NCBI GenBank assembly: GCA_964016885.1 | Contig: OZ024748.1 | Location: 28,086,001-28,150,000, forward strand | DNA length: 64,000 nucleotides | Direction of reading: 5' to 3' | DNA from: Eledone cirrhosa | Taxonomy: Eukaryota | Shown here: in pieces, positions 51,562-64,000 of the stretch | Layout of the letters: each line of letters begins with the position of its first letter | How positions within the stretch are numbered: position 1 is the first letter of the stretch | Translations under genes and position numbers: made by a program | Notes under the pieces: generated by a model | Told to the model about the DNA's origin: nothing | What the model saw: the letters and a program-made list of their open reading frames with translations, nothing else | Databases searched by the model: none

Positions 51562-51604
51562 CATAGAATTTGAATTTAGCTTCGAGCATAGCTGTATACA
51601 GATA

Positions 51605-52083
51605 TGTATTGGAATTTCGTATTTCTAAAGAAATACGGTATGTTTATAAATACACATTTAGAAAGCCGTACCTATGCAACAACACCGGCAGCTATCGCCA
51701 CCTGGCGGTGTCCACCAAAAGCAAGGGGTACTTATCAGGACGATCCCTCTCCCTCTTGCAACTGCTGGACTTTGAAAACAGGTGAGAATATAGTTGAGCC
51801 AATTTATGCAGCTTCATATGCAAATGAGATTAATCATCTCATCTACAGAGACGAGAAAACTACTTGTTCTCGCCTATTGTCAAAGTCCGGCAGTTGCAAG
51901 AGCGAGAGGGATCGTCCGGATGAGAACCAGTTCAGTTCGAAATGCATCGACGATTGCGCCCCTTGCTTCTGCTGGACACAGCCAGGTGGCGATAGCTGCC
52001 GGTGCCTTTGCATAGGTACGGCTTTCTGAATGTTTATTAATAAACATACCGTATTTCTTTAGAAATACGAAATTCCAATATAC
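51605..52083. mobile_element. MITE with ~108-bp TIRs
   Basis: 51605-51713 is the reverse complement of 51972-52083 (TATTGGAATTTCGTATTTCTAAAGAAATACGG...). Confidence 0.8.
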
Positions 52084-52126
52084 ACACAAACACACACACA
52101 CACGCACGCACGCACGCCCCCCCCCT

Positions 52127-52157
<31 letters not shown>

Positions 52158-52235
52158 CAGGATTAAACCAGTATTAAACTAGTTAGACCATAATTCAACA
52201 GAGTACTCGATACTTGGGTGTTACTTGGTGTATAT

Positions 52236-52269
<34 letters not shown>

Positions 52270-52364
52270 ATATATATACCACTTGTATGAGTCCCGATAC
52301 GGGCAAACAACAATTCACAAGATGAGTTTCAGCCGAATATCCAAGCAGTCAATCCAGTTAGTCA

Positions 52365-55300
52365 CATGACAAAGTCTACATTAGTAACATGACAAAGTCT
52401 ATATTAGTAGCATGACAAAGTCTATATTAGTAGCACGACAAAGTCTATATTAGTAGCACGACAAAGTCTATATTAGTAGCACGACAAAGTCTATATTAGT
52501 AGCACGACAAAGTCTATATTAGTAGCACGACAAAGTCTACATTAGTAGCACGACAAAGTCTATATTAGTAGCATGATAAAGTCTATATTAGTAGCATGAC
52601 AAAGTCTATATTAGTAGCATGACAAAGTCTATATTAGTAGCACGACAAAGTCTATATTAGTAGCATGACAAAGTCTATATTAGTAGCATGACAAAGTCTA
52701 TATTAGTAGCATGACAAAGTCTATATTAGTAGCACGACAAAGTCTATATTAGTAGTACGACAAAGTCTATATTAGTAGCACGACAAAGTCTATATTAGTA
52801 GCATGATAAAGTCTATATTAGTAGCACGATAAAGTCTATATTAGTAGCACGACAAAGTCTATATTAGTAGCATGATAAAGTCTATATTAGTAGCACGACA
52901 AAGTCTATATTAGTAGCACGACAAAGTCTATATTAGTAGCATGATAAAGTCTATATTAGTAGCACGACAAAGTCTATATTAGTAGCATGATAAATTCTAT
53001 ATTAGTAGCATGATAAAGTATATATTAGTAGCATGACAAAGTCTACATTAGTAGCATGACAAAGTCTATATTAGTAGCACGATAAAGTCTATATTAGTAG
53101 CATGACAAAGTCTATATTAGCAGCACGACAAAGTCTATATTAGTAGCATGACAAAGTCTATATTAGTAGCACGATAAAGTCTATATTAGTAGCATGACAA
53201 AGTCTATATTAGTAGCACGATAAAGTATATATTAGTAGCAAGATAAAGTATATATTAGTAGCATGATAAAGTCTATATTAGTAGCATGACAAAGTCTACA
53301 TTAGTAGCATAACAAAGTCTATATTAGTAGCACGATAAAGTCTATATTAGTAGCACGATAAAGTCTATATTAGCAGCACGACAAAGTATATATTAGTAGC
53401 ATGACAAAGTCTATATTAGTAGCACGATAAAGTCTATATTAGTAGCATGATAAAGTCTATATTAGCAGCACGACAAAGTCTATATTAGCAGCACGACAAA
53501 GTCTATATTAGCAGCACGACAAAGTCTATATTAGTAGCATGACAAAGTCTATATTAGTAGCATGATAAAGTCTACATTAGTAGCATGACAAAGTCTACAT
53601 TAGTAGCATGACAAAGTCTATATTAGTAGCATGACAAAGTCTACATTAGTAGCACGACAAAGTCTATATTAGTAGCATAACAAAGTCTATATTAGTAGCA
53701 TGATAAAGTCTATATTAGTAGCATAACAAAGTCTACATTAGTAGCACGACAAAGCCTATATTAGTAGCATGATAAAGTCTATATTAGTAGCATGACAAAG
53801 TCTATATTAGTAGCATGACAAAGTCTATATTGGTAGCATGACAAAGTCTATATTAGTAGCATGACAAAGTCTATATTAGTAGCACGACAAAGTCTACATT
53901 AGTAGCACGACAAAGCCTATATTAGTAGCATGATAAAGTCTATATTAGTAGCATGACAAAGTCTATATTAGTAGCATGACAAAGTCTATATTAGTAGCAT
54001 GACAAAGTCTATATTAGTAGCATGACAAAGTCTATATTAGTAGCATGACAAAGTCTATATTAGTAGCATGATAAAGTCTACATTAGTAGCATGACAAAGT
54101 CTACATTAGTAGCATGACAAAGTCTATATTAGTAGCATAACAAAGTCTATATTAGTAGCATGACAAAGTCTACATTAGTAGCACGACAAAGTCTATATTA
54201 GTAGCATAACAAAGTCTATATTAGTAGCATGATAAAGTCTATATTAGTAGCACGACAAAGTCTATATTAGTAGCATAACAAAGTCTACATTAGTAGCACG
54301 ACAAAGCCTATATTAGTAGCATGATAAAGTCTATATTAGTAGCATGACAAAGTCTATATTAGTAGCATGACAAAGTCTATATTAGTAGCATGACAAAGTC
54401 TATATTAGTAGCATGACAAAGTCTATATTAGTAGCATGACAAAGTCTATATTAGTAGCACGACAAAGTCTATATTAGTAGTATGACAAAGTCTATATTAG
54501 TAGCACGACAAAGTCTATATGAGTAGCACGACAAAGTCTATATTAGTAGCATGACAAAGTCTACATTAGTAGCACGACAAAGTCTACATTAGTAGCACGA
54601 CAAAGTCTATATTAGTAGCATAACAAAGTCTATATTAGTAGCACGACAAAGTCTATATTAGTAGCACGACAAAGTCTATATGAGTAGCACGACAAAGTCT
54701 ATATGAGTAGCATGACAAAGTCTACATTAGTAGCACGACAAAGTCTACATTAGTAGCACGACAAAGTCTATATTAGTAGCATAACAAAGTCTATATTAGT
54801 AGCACGACAAAGTCTATATTAGTAGCACGACAAAGTCTATATTAGTAGCACGACAAAGTCTATATTAGTAGCACGACAAAGTCTATATTAGTAGCATAAC
54901 AAAGTCTATATGAGTAGCATGACAAAGTCTATATTAGTAGCATGACAAAGTCTATATTAGTAGCACGACAAAGTCTATATTAGTAGCACGATAAAGTCTA
55001 TATTAGTAGCACGACAAAGTCTATATTAGTAGCATGATAAAGTCTATATTAGTAGCATGATAAAGTCTATATTAGTAGCATGACAAAGTCTATATTAGTA
55101 GCACGACAAAGTCTATATTAGTAGCATGACAAACTCTATATTAGTAGCATGATAAAGTCTATATTAGTAGCACGATAAAGTATATATTAGTAGCACGATA
55201 AAGTATATATTAGTAGCATGATAAAGTATATATTAGTAGCATGACAAAGTCTACATTAGTAGCACGATAAAGTCTATATTAGTAGCATGACAAAGTCTAT

Positions 55301-58300
55301 ATTAGTAGCATAACAAAGTCTATATTAGTAGCACGATAAAGTCTATATTAGTAGCATGACAAAGTCTATATTAGTAGCATGACAAAGTCTATATTAGTAG
55401 CACGATAAAGTCTATATTAGTAGCACGATAAAGTCTATATTAGTAGCATGATAAAGTCTACATTAGTAGCATGACAAAGTCTATATTAGTAGCATAACAA
55501 AGTCTATATTAGTAGCATGACAAAGTCTACATTAGTAGCATAACAAAGTCTATATTAGTAGCATGATAAAGTCTATATTAGTAGCACGACAAAGTCTACA
55601 TTAGTAGCATAACAAAGTCTACATTAGTAGCACGACAAAGTCTATATTAGTAGCATGACAAAGTCTATATTAGTAGCATGACAAAGTCTATATTAGTAGC
55701 ATGACAAAGTCTATATTAGTAGCACGACAAAGTCTATATTAGTAGTATGACAAAGTCTATATTAGTAGCACGACAAAGTCTATATGAGTAGCATGATAAA
55801 GTCTATATGAGTAGCATGACAAAGTCTATATGAGTAGCACGACAAAGTCTATATTAGTAGCATGACAAAGTCTATATTAGTAGCACGACAAAGTCTACAT
55901 TAGTAGCACGACAAAGTCTATATTAGTAGCACGACAAAGTCTACATTAGTAGCACGACAAAGTCTATATTAGTAGCACGACAAAGTCTATATTAGTAGCA
56001 CGACAAAGTCTATATTAGTAGCATGACAAAGTCTATATTAGTAGCACGACAAAGTCTATATTAGTAGCACGACAAAGTCTATATTAGTAGCACGACAAAG
56101 TCTATATTAGTAGCATGACAACGTCTATATTAGTAGCACGACAAAGTCTATATTAGTAGCATGACAAAGTCTATATTAGTAGCATGACAAAGTCTATATT
56201 AGTAGCATGACAAAGTCTATATTAGTAGCACGACAAAGTCTATATTAGTAGTATGACAAAGTCTATATTAGTAGCACGACAAAGTCTATATTAGTAGCAT
56301 GATAAAGTCTATATTAGTAGCACGATAAAGTCTATATTAGTAGCATGACAAAGTCTATATTAGTAGCACGACAAAGTCTATATTAGTCGCACGACAAAGT
56401 CTATATTAGTAGCACGACAAAGTCTATATTAGTAGCATGATAAAGTCTATATTAGTAGCACGACAAAGTCTATATTAGTAGCACGACAAAGTCTATATTA
56501 GTAGCATGATAAAGTCTATATTAGTAGCATGACAAAGTCTATATTAGTAGCACGATAAAGTCTATATTAGTAGCATGACAAAGTCTATATTAGTAGCATG
56601 ATAAAGTCTATATTAGTAGCACGATAAAGTATATATTAGTAGCATGACAAAGTCTACATTAGTAGCATAACAAAGTCTATATTAGTACCACGATAAAGTC
56701 TATATTAGTAGCATGACAAAGTCTATATTAGTAGCATAACAAAGTCTATATTAGTAGCACGATAAAGTCTATATTAGCAGCACGACAAAGTCTATATTAG
56801 TAGCATGACAAAGTCTATATTAGTAGCATGACAAAGTCTATATTAGTAGCATGACAAAGTCTATATTAGTAGCACGATAAAGTCTATATTAGTAGCATGA
56901 TAAAGTCTATATTAGCAGCACGACAAAGTCTATATTAGTAGCACGACAAAGTCTACATTAGTAGCATGACAAAGTCTACATTAGTAGCATAACAAAGCTA
57001 TATTAGTAGCATGACAAAGTCTATATTAGTAGCACGACAAAGTCTACATTAGTAGCACGTCAAAGTCTATATTAGTAGCATAACAAAGTCTATATTAGTA
57101 GCATGATAAAGTCTATATTAGTAGCACGACACAGTCTACATTAGTAGCACGACAAAGTCTACATTAGTAGCACGACAATGTCTATATTAGTAGCATGACA
57201 AAGTCTATATTAGTAGCACGACAAAGTCTATATTAGTAGCATGACAAAGTCTATATTAGTAGCATGACAAAGTCTACATTAGTAGCACGACAAAGTCTAT
57301 ATTAGTAGCACGACAAAGTCTATATTAGTAGCATGACAAAGTCTATATTAGTAGCACGACAAAGTCTATATTAGTAGCATGACAAAGTCTATATTAGTAG
57401 CATGATAAAGTCTATATTAGTAGCATGATAAAGTCTATATTAGTAGCATGACAAAGTCTATATTAGTAGCACGACAAAGTCTATATTAGTAGTACGACAA
57501 AGTCTATATTAGTAGCACGACAAATTCTATATTAGTAGCATGATAAAGTCTATATTAGTAGCACGATAAAGTCTATATTAGTAGCATGACAAAGTCTATA
57601 TTAGTAGCACGACAAAGTCTATATTAGTAGCACGACAAAGTCTATATTAGTAGCACGACAAAGTCTATATTAGTAGCATGACAAAGTCTATATTAGTAGC
57701 ACGACAAAGTCTATATTAGTAGCATGACAAAGTCTATATTAGTAGCATGATAAAGTCTATATTAGTAGCACGATAAAGTATATATTAGTAGCATGATAAA
57801 GTATATATTAGTAGCATGACAAAGTCTACATTAGTAGCATAACAAAGTCTATATTAGTAGCACGATAAAGTCTATATTAATAGCATGACAAAGTCTATAT
57901 TAGTAGCATGACAAAGTCTATATTAGTAGCATGACAAAGTCTATATTAGTAGCATGACAAAGTCTACATTAGTAGCACGACAAAGTCTATATTAGTAGCA
58001 CGACAAAGTCTATATTAGTAGCATGACAAAGTCTATATTAGTAGCACGACAAAGTCTATATTAGTAGCATGACAAAGTCTATATTAGTAGCATGATAAAG
58101 TCTATATTAGTAGCATGACAAAGTCTATATTAGTAGCATGATAAAGTCTATATTAGTAGCATGACAAAGTCTATATTAGTAGCATGACAAAGTCTATATT
58201 AGTAGCACGACAAAGTCTATATTAGTAGTACGACAAAGTCTATATTAGTAGCACGACAAATTCTATATTAGTAGCATGATAAAGTCTATATTAGTAGCAC

Positions 58301-61300
58301 GATAAAGTCTATATTAGTAGCATGACAAAGTCTATATTAGTAGCACGACAAAGTCTATATTAGTAGCACGACAAAGTCTATATTAGTAGCACGACAAAGT
58401 CTATATTAGTAGCACGACAAAGTCTATATTAGTAGCATGATAAAGTCTATATTAGTAGCATGACAAAGTCTATATTAGTAGCACGACAAAGTCTATATTA
58501 GTAGCATGACAAAGTCTATATTAGTAGCATGATAAAGTCTATATTAGTAGCACGATAAAGTATATATTAGTAGCATGATAAAGTATATATTAGTAGCATG
58601 ACAAAGTCTACATTAGTAGCATAACAAAGTCTATATTAGTAGCACGATAAAGTCTATATTAATAGCATGACAAAGTCTATATTAGTAGCATGACAAAGTC
58701 TATATTAGTAGCATGACAAAGTCTATATTAGTAGCACGACAAAGTCTATATTAGTAGCACGACAAAGTCTATATTAGTAGTACGACAAAGTCTATATTAG
58801 TAGCACGACAAATTCTATATTAGTAGCATGATAAAGTCTATATTAGTAGCACGATAAAGTCTATATTAGTAGCATGACAAAGTCTATATTAGTAGCATGA
58901 TAAAGTATATATTAGTAGCATGACAAAGTCTACATTAGTAGCACGATAAAGTCTATATTAGTAGCATGACAAAGTCTATATTAGTAGCATAACAAAGTCT
59001 ATATTAGTAGCACGATAAAGTCTATATTAGCAGCACGACAAAGTCTATATTAGTAGCATGACAAAGTCTATATTAGTAGCATGACAAAGTCTATATTAGT
59101 AGCACGATAAAGTCTATATTAGTAGCATGATAAAGTCTACATTAGTAGCATGACAAAGTCTATATTAGTAGCATAACAAAGTCTATATTAGTAGCATGAC
59201 AAAGTCTACATTAGTAGCATAACAAAGTCTATATTAGTAGCATGATAAAGTCTATATTAGTAGCACGACAAAGTCTACATTAGTAGCATAACAAAGTCTA
59301 CATTAGTAGCACGACAAAGTCTATATTAGTAGCATGACAAAGTCTATATTAGTAGCATGATAAAGTCTATATTAGTAGCATGACAAAGTCTATATTAGTA
59401 GCATGACAAAGTCTATATTAGTAGCATGACAAAGTCTATATTAGTAGCACGACAAAGTCTATATTAGTAGTATGACAAAGTCTATATTAGTAGCACGACA
59501 AAGTCTATATGAGTAGCATGATAAAGTCTATATGAGTAGCATGACAAAGTCTATATGAGTAGCACGACAAAGTCTATATTAGTAGCATGACAAAGTCTAT
59601 ATTAGTAGCACGACAAAGTCTACATTAGTAGCACGACAAAGTCTATATTAGTAGCATGACAAAGTCTATATTAGTAGCACGACAAAGTCTACATTAGTAG
59701 CACGACAAAGTCTATATTAGTAGCACGACAAAGTCTATATTAGTAGCACGACAAAGTCTATATTAGTAGCATGACAAAGTCTATATTAGTAGCACGACAA
59801 AGTCTATATTAGTAGCACGACAAAGTCTATATTAGTAGCACGACAAAGTCTATATTAGTAGCATGACAACGTCTATATTAGTAGCACGACAAAGTCTATA
59901 TTAGTAGCATGACAAAGTCTATATTAGTAGCATGACAAAGTCTATATTAGTAGCATGACAAAGTCTATATTAGTAGCATGACAAAGTCTATATTAGTAGC
60001 ACGACAAAGTCTATATTAGTAGTATGACAAAGTCTATATTAGTAGCACGACAAAGTCTATATTAGTAGCATGATAAAGTCTATATTAGTAGCACGATAAA
60101 GTCTATATTAGTAGCATGACAAAGTCTATATTAGTAGCACGACAAAGTCTATATTAGTCGCACGACAAAGTCTATATTAGTAGCACGACAAAGTCTATAT
60201 TAGTAGCATGATAAAGTCTATATTAGTAGCACGACAAAGTCTATATTAGTAGCACGACAAAGTCTATATTAGTAGCATGATAAAGTCTATATTAGTAGCA
60301 TGACAAAGTCTATATTAGTAGCACGATAAAGTCTATATTAGTAGCATGACAAAGTCTATATTAGTAGCATGATAAAGTCTATATTAGTAGCACGATAAAG
60401 TATATATTAGTAGCATGACAAAGTCTACATTAGTAGCATAACAAAGTCTATATTAGTACCACGATAAAGTCTATATTAGTAGCATGACAAAGTCTATATT
60501 AGTAGCATAACAAAGTCTATATTAGTAGCACGATAAAGTCTATATTAGCAGCACGACAAAGTCTATATTAGTAGCATGACAAAGTCTATATTAGTAGCAT
60601 GACAAAGTCTATATTAGTAGCATGACAAAGTCTATATTAGTAGCACGATAAAGTCTATATTAGTAGCATGATAAAGTCTATATTAGCAGCACGACAAAGT
60701 CTATATTAGTAGCACGACAAAGTCTATATTAGTAGCACGACAAAGTCTACATTAGTAGCATGACAAAGTCTACATTAGTAGCATAACAAAGCTATATTAG
60801 TAGCATGACAAAGTCTATATTAGTAGCACGACAAAGTCTACATTAGTAGCACGTCAAAGTCTATATTAGTAGCATAACAAAGTCTATATTAGTAGCATGA
60901 TAAAGTCTATATTAGTAGCACGACACAGTCTACATTAGTAGCACGACAAAGTCTACATTAGTAGCACGACAATGTCTATATTAGTAGCATGACAAAGTCT
61001 ATATTAGTAGCACGACAAAGTCTATATTAGTAGCATGATAAAGTCTATATTAGTAGCATGACAAAGTCTACATTAGTAGCACGACAAAGTCTATATTAGT
61101 AGCACGACAAAGTCTATATTAGTAGCATGACAAAGTCTATATTAGTAGCACGACAAAGTCTATATTAGTAGCATGACAAAGTCTATATTAGTAGCATGAC
61201 AAAGTCTATATTAGTAGCATGATAAAGTCTATATTAGTAGCATGACAAAGTCTATATTAGTAGCATGATAAAGTCTATATTAGTAGCATGATAAAGTCTA

Positions 61301-64000
61301 TATTAGTAGCATGACAAAGTCTATATTAGTAGCATGACAAAGTCTATATTAGTAGCATGACAAAGTCTATATTAGTAGCATGACAAAGTCTATATTAGTA
61401 GCACGACAAAGTCTATATTAGTAGCACGACAAATTCTATATTAGTAGCATGATAAAGTCTATATTAGTAGCACGATAAAGTCTATATTAGTAGCATGACA
61501 AAGTCTATATTAGTAGCACGACAAAGTCTATATTAGTAGCACGACAAAGTCTATATTAGTAGCACGACAAAGTCTATATTAGTAGCACGACAAAGTCTAT
61601 ATTAGTAGCATGATAAAGTCTATATTAGTAGCATGACAAAGTCTATATTAGTAGCATGACAAAGTCTATATTAGTAGCACGACAAAGTCTATATTAGTAG
61701 CATGACAAAGTCTATATTAGTAGCATGATAAAGTCTATATTAGTAGCACGATAAAGTATATATTAGTAGCATGATAAAGTATATATTAGTAGCATGACAA
61801 AGTCTACATTAGTAGCATAACAAAGTCTATATTAATAGCATGACAAAGTCTATATTAGTAGCATGACAAAGTCTATATTAGTAGCATGACAAAGTCTATA
61901 TTAGTAGCACGACAAAGTCTATATTAGTAGCACGACAAAGTCTATATTAGTAGCATGACAAAGTCTATATTAGTAGCACGACAAAGTCTATATTAGTAGC
62001 ACGATAAAGTCTATATTAGTAGCATGACAAAGTCTATATTAGTAGCATGACAAAGTCTATATTAGTAGCATAACAAAGTCTATATTAGTAGCACGATAAA
62101 GTCTATATTAGTAGCATGATAAAGTCTATATTAGCAGCACGACAAAGTCTATATTAGTAGCATGACAAAGTCTATATTAGTAGCACGATAAAGTCTATAT
62201 TAGTAGCATGATAAAGTCTATATTAGCAGCACGACAAAGTCTATATTAGTAGCACGACAAAGTCTATATTAGTAGCACGACAAAGTCTACATTAGTAGCA
62301 CGACAAAGTCTATATTAGTAGCATGATAAAGTCTATATTAGTAGCATGACAAAATCTACATTAGTAGCATGACAAAGTCTACATTAGTTGACTGACAAAG
62401 TCTATATTAGTAGCATAACAAAGCTATATTAGTAGCATGACAAAGTCTATATTAGTAGCATAACAAAGTCTATATTAGTAGCACGACAAAGTCTACATTA
62501 GTAGCATAACAAAGTCTACATTAGTAGCACGACAAAGTCTACATTAGTAGCACGACAAAGTCTATATTAGTAGCATGATAAAGTCTATATTAGTAGCACG
62601 ACAAAGTCTACATTAGTAGCACGACAAAGTCTATATTAGTAGCATGATAAAGTCTATATTAGTAGCATGACAAAGTCTATATTAGTAGCATGACAAAGTC
62701 TACATTAGTAGCATGACAAAGTCTACATTAGTAGCACGACAAAGTCTATATTAGTAGCATGACAAAGTCTATATTAGTAGCATGATAAAGTCTATATTAG
62801 TAGCATGATAAAGTCTATATTAGTCGCACGACAAAGTCTATATTAGTAGCACGACAAAGTCTATATTAGTAGCACGACAAAGTCTATATTAGTAGTATGA
62901 CAAAGTCTATATTAGTAGCACGACAAATTCTATATTAGTAGCATGATAAAGTCTATATTAGTAGCACGATAAAGTCTATATTAGTAGCATGACAAAGTCT
63001 ATATTAGTAGCACGACAAAGTCTATATTAGTAGCACGACAAAGTCTATATTAGTAGCACGGCAAAGTCTATATTAGTAGCACGACAAAGTCTATATTAGT
63101 AGCATGATAAAGTCTATATTAGTAGCATGATAAAGTCTATATTAGTAGCATGACAAAGTCTATATTAGTAGCATGACAAAGTCTATATTAGTAGCACGAT
63201 AAAGTCTATATTAGTAGCACGACAAAGTCTATATTAGTAGCATGACAAAGTCTATATTAGTAGCATGATAAAGTCTATATTAGTAGCACGATAAAGTATA
63301 TATTAGTAGCATGATAAAGTATATATTAGTAGCATGACAAAGTCTACATTAGTAGCATAACAAAGTCTATATTAGTAGCACGATAAAGTCTATATTAATA
63401 GCATGACAAAGTCTATATTAGTAGCATGACAAAGTCTATATTAGTAGCACGATAAAGTCTATATTAGCAGCACGACAAAGTCTATATTAGTAGCACGACA
63501 AAGTCTATATTAGTAGCATGACAAAGTCTATATTAGTAGCACGACAAAGTCTATATTAGTAGCACGATAAAGTCTATATTAGTAGCATGACAAAGTCTAT
63601 ATTAGTAGCATGACAAAGTCTATATTAGTAGCATGATAAAGTCTATATTAGCAGCACGACAAAGTCTATATTAGTAGCACGACAAAGTCTATATTAGTAG
63701 CACGACAAAGTCTACATTAGTAGCACGACAAAGTCTATATTAGTAGCATGATAAAGTCTATATTAGTAGCATGACAAAGTCTACATTAGTAGCATGACAA
63801 AGTCTACATTAGTAGACTGACAAAGTCTATATTAGTAGCATAACAAAGCTATATTAGTAGCATGACAAAGTCTATATTAGTAGCATAACAAAGTCTATAT
63901 TAGTAGCACGACAAAGTCTACATTAGTAGCATAACAAAGTCTACATTAGTAGCACGACAAAGTCTACATTAGTAGCACGACAAAGTCTATATTAGTAGCA
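52365..64000. repeat. 23-bp satellite array (>11.6 kb, ~500 units, continues past the window end)
   Basis: Consensus CAYGACAAAGTCTATATTAGTAG in uninterrupted tandem copies with point variants. Confidence 0.98.

Noticed and set aside
52365-64000. CRISPR-like array
   Set aside because: Units are contiguous 23-bp tandem repeats with no unique spacers and no cas genes, in a eukaryotic context.

Overview
This window is AT-rich, repeat-saturated animal genomic DNA. It is most likely an octopod cephalopod, inferred from the tRNA-SINE families and the microsatellite load. No host protein-coding gene is recognisable, and most ORF-track entries are translations of (TA)n, (CA)n, (CATA)n, (GGT)n or (GA)n repeats. 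The real coding content is retrotransposon-derived: (1) the open N-terminus of a Penelope-like (Naiad-type) ORF running off the left edge; (2) a near full-length Tx1/L1-clade LINE (gag-knuckle ORF1 plus APE-RT-CCHC ORF2) embedded in a (GATA)n array; (3) two decayed RTE LINEs ending in C2H2-like zinc-finger arrays; (4) a decayed R4/Dong-like RLE LINE plus two 3' fragments, all bordered by (CATA)n; (5) a CR1/L2-like fragment and a Penelope GIY-YIG fragment. Non-coding mobile content includes about 8 copies of a tRNA SINE with TSDs, CORE-type SINEs, about 7 RTE-related non-autonomous elements with a hairpin-rich 5' end, a hAT MITE, foldback/MITE palindromes and Helitron-like pieces. There are also about 9 minimal hammerhead-ribozyme motifs in Penelope pLTR-like inverted structures. 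The last ~11.6 kb is a 23-bp satellite with kilobase-scale higher-order duplications. The most notable emergent pattern is that different retroelement clades sit in different microsatellite classes. Coordinates were counted by eye and may be off by a few bases.
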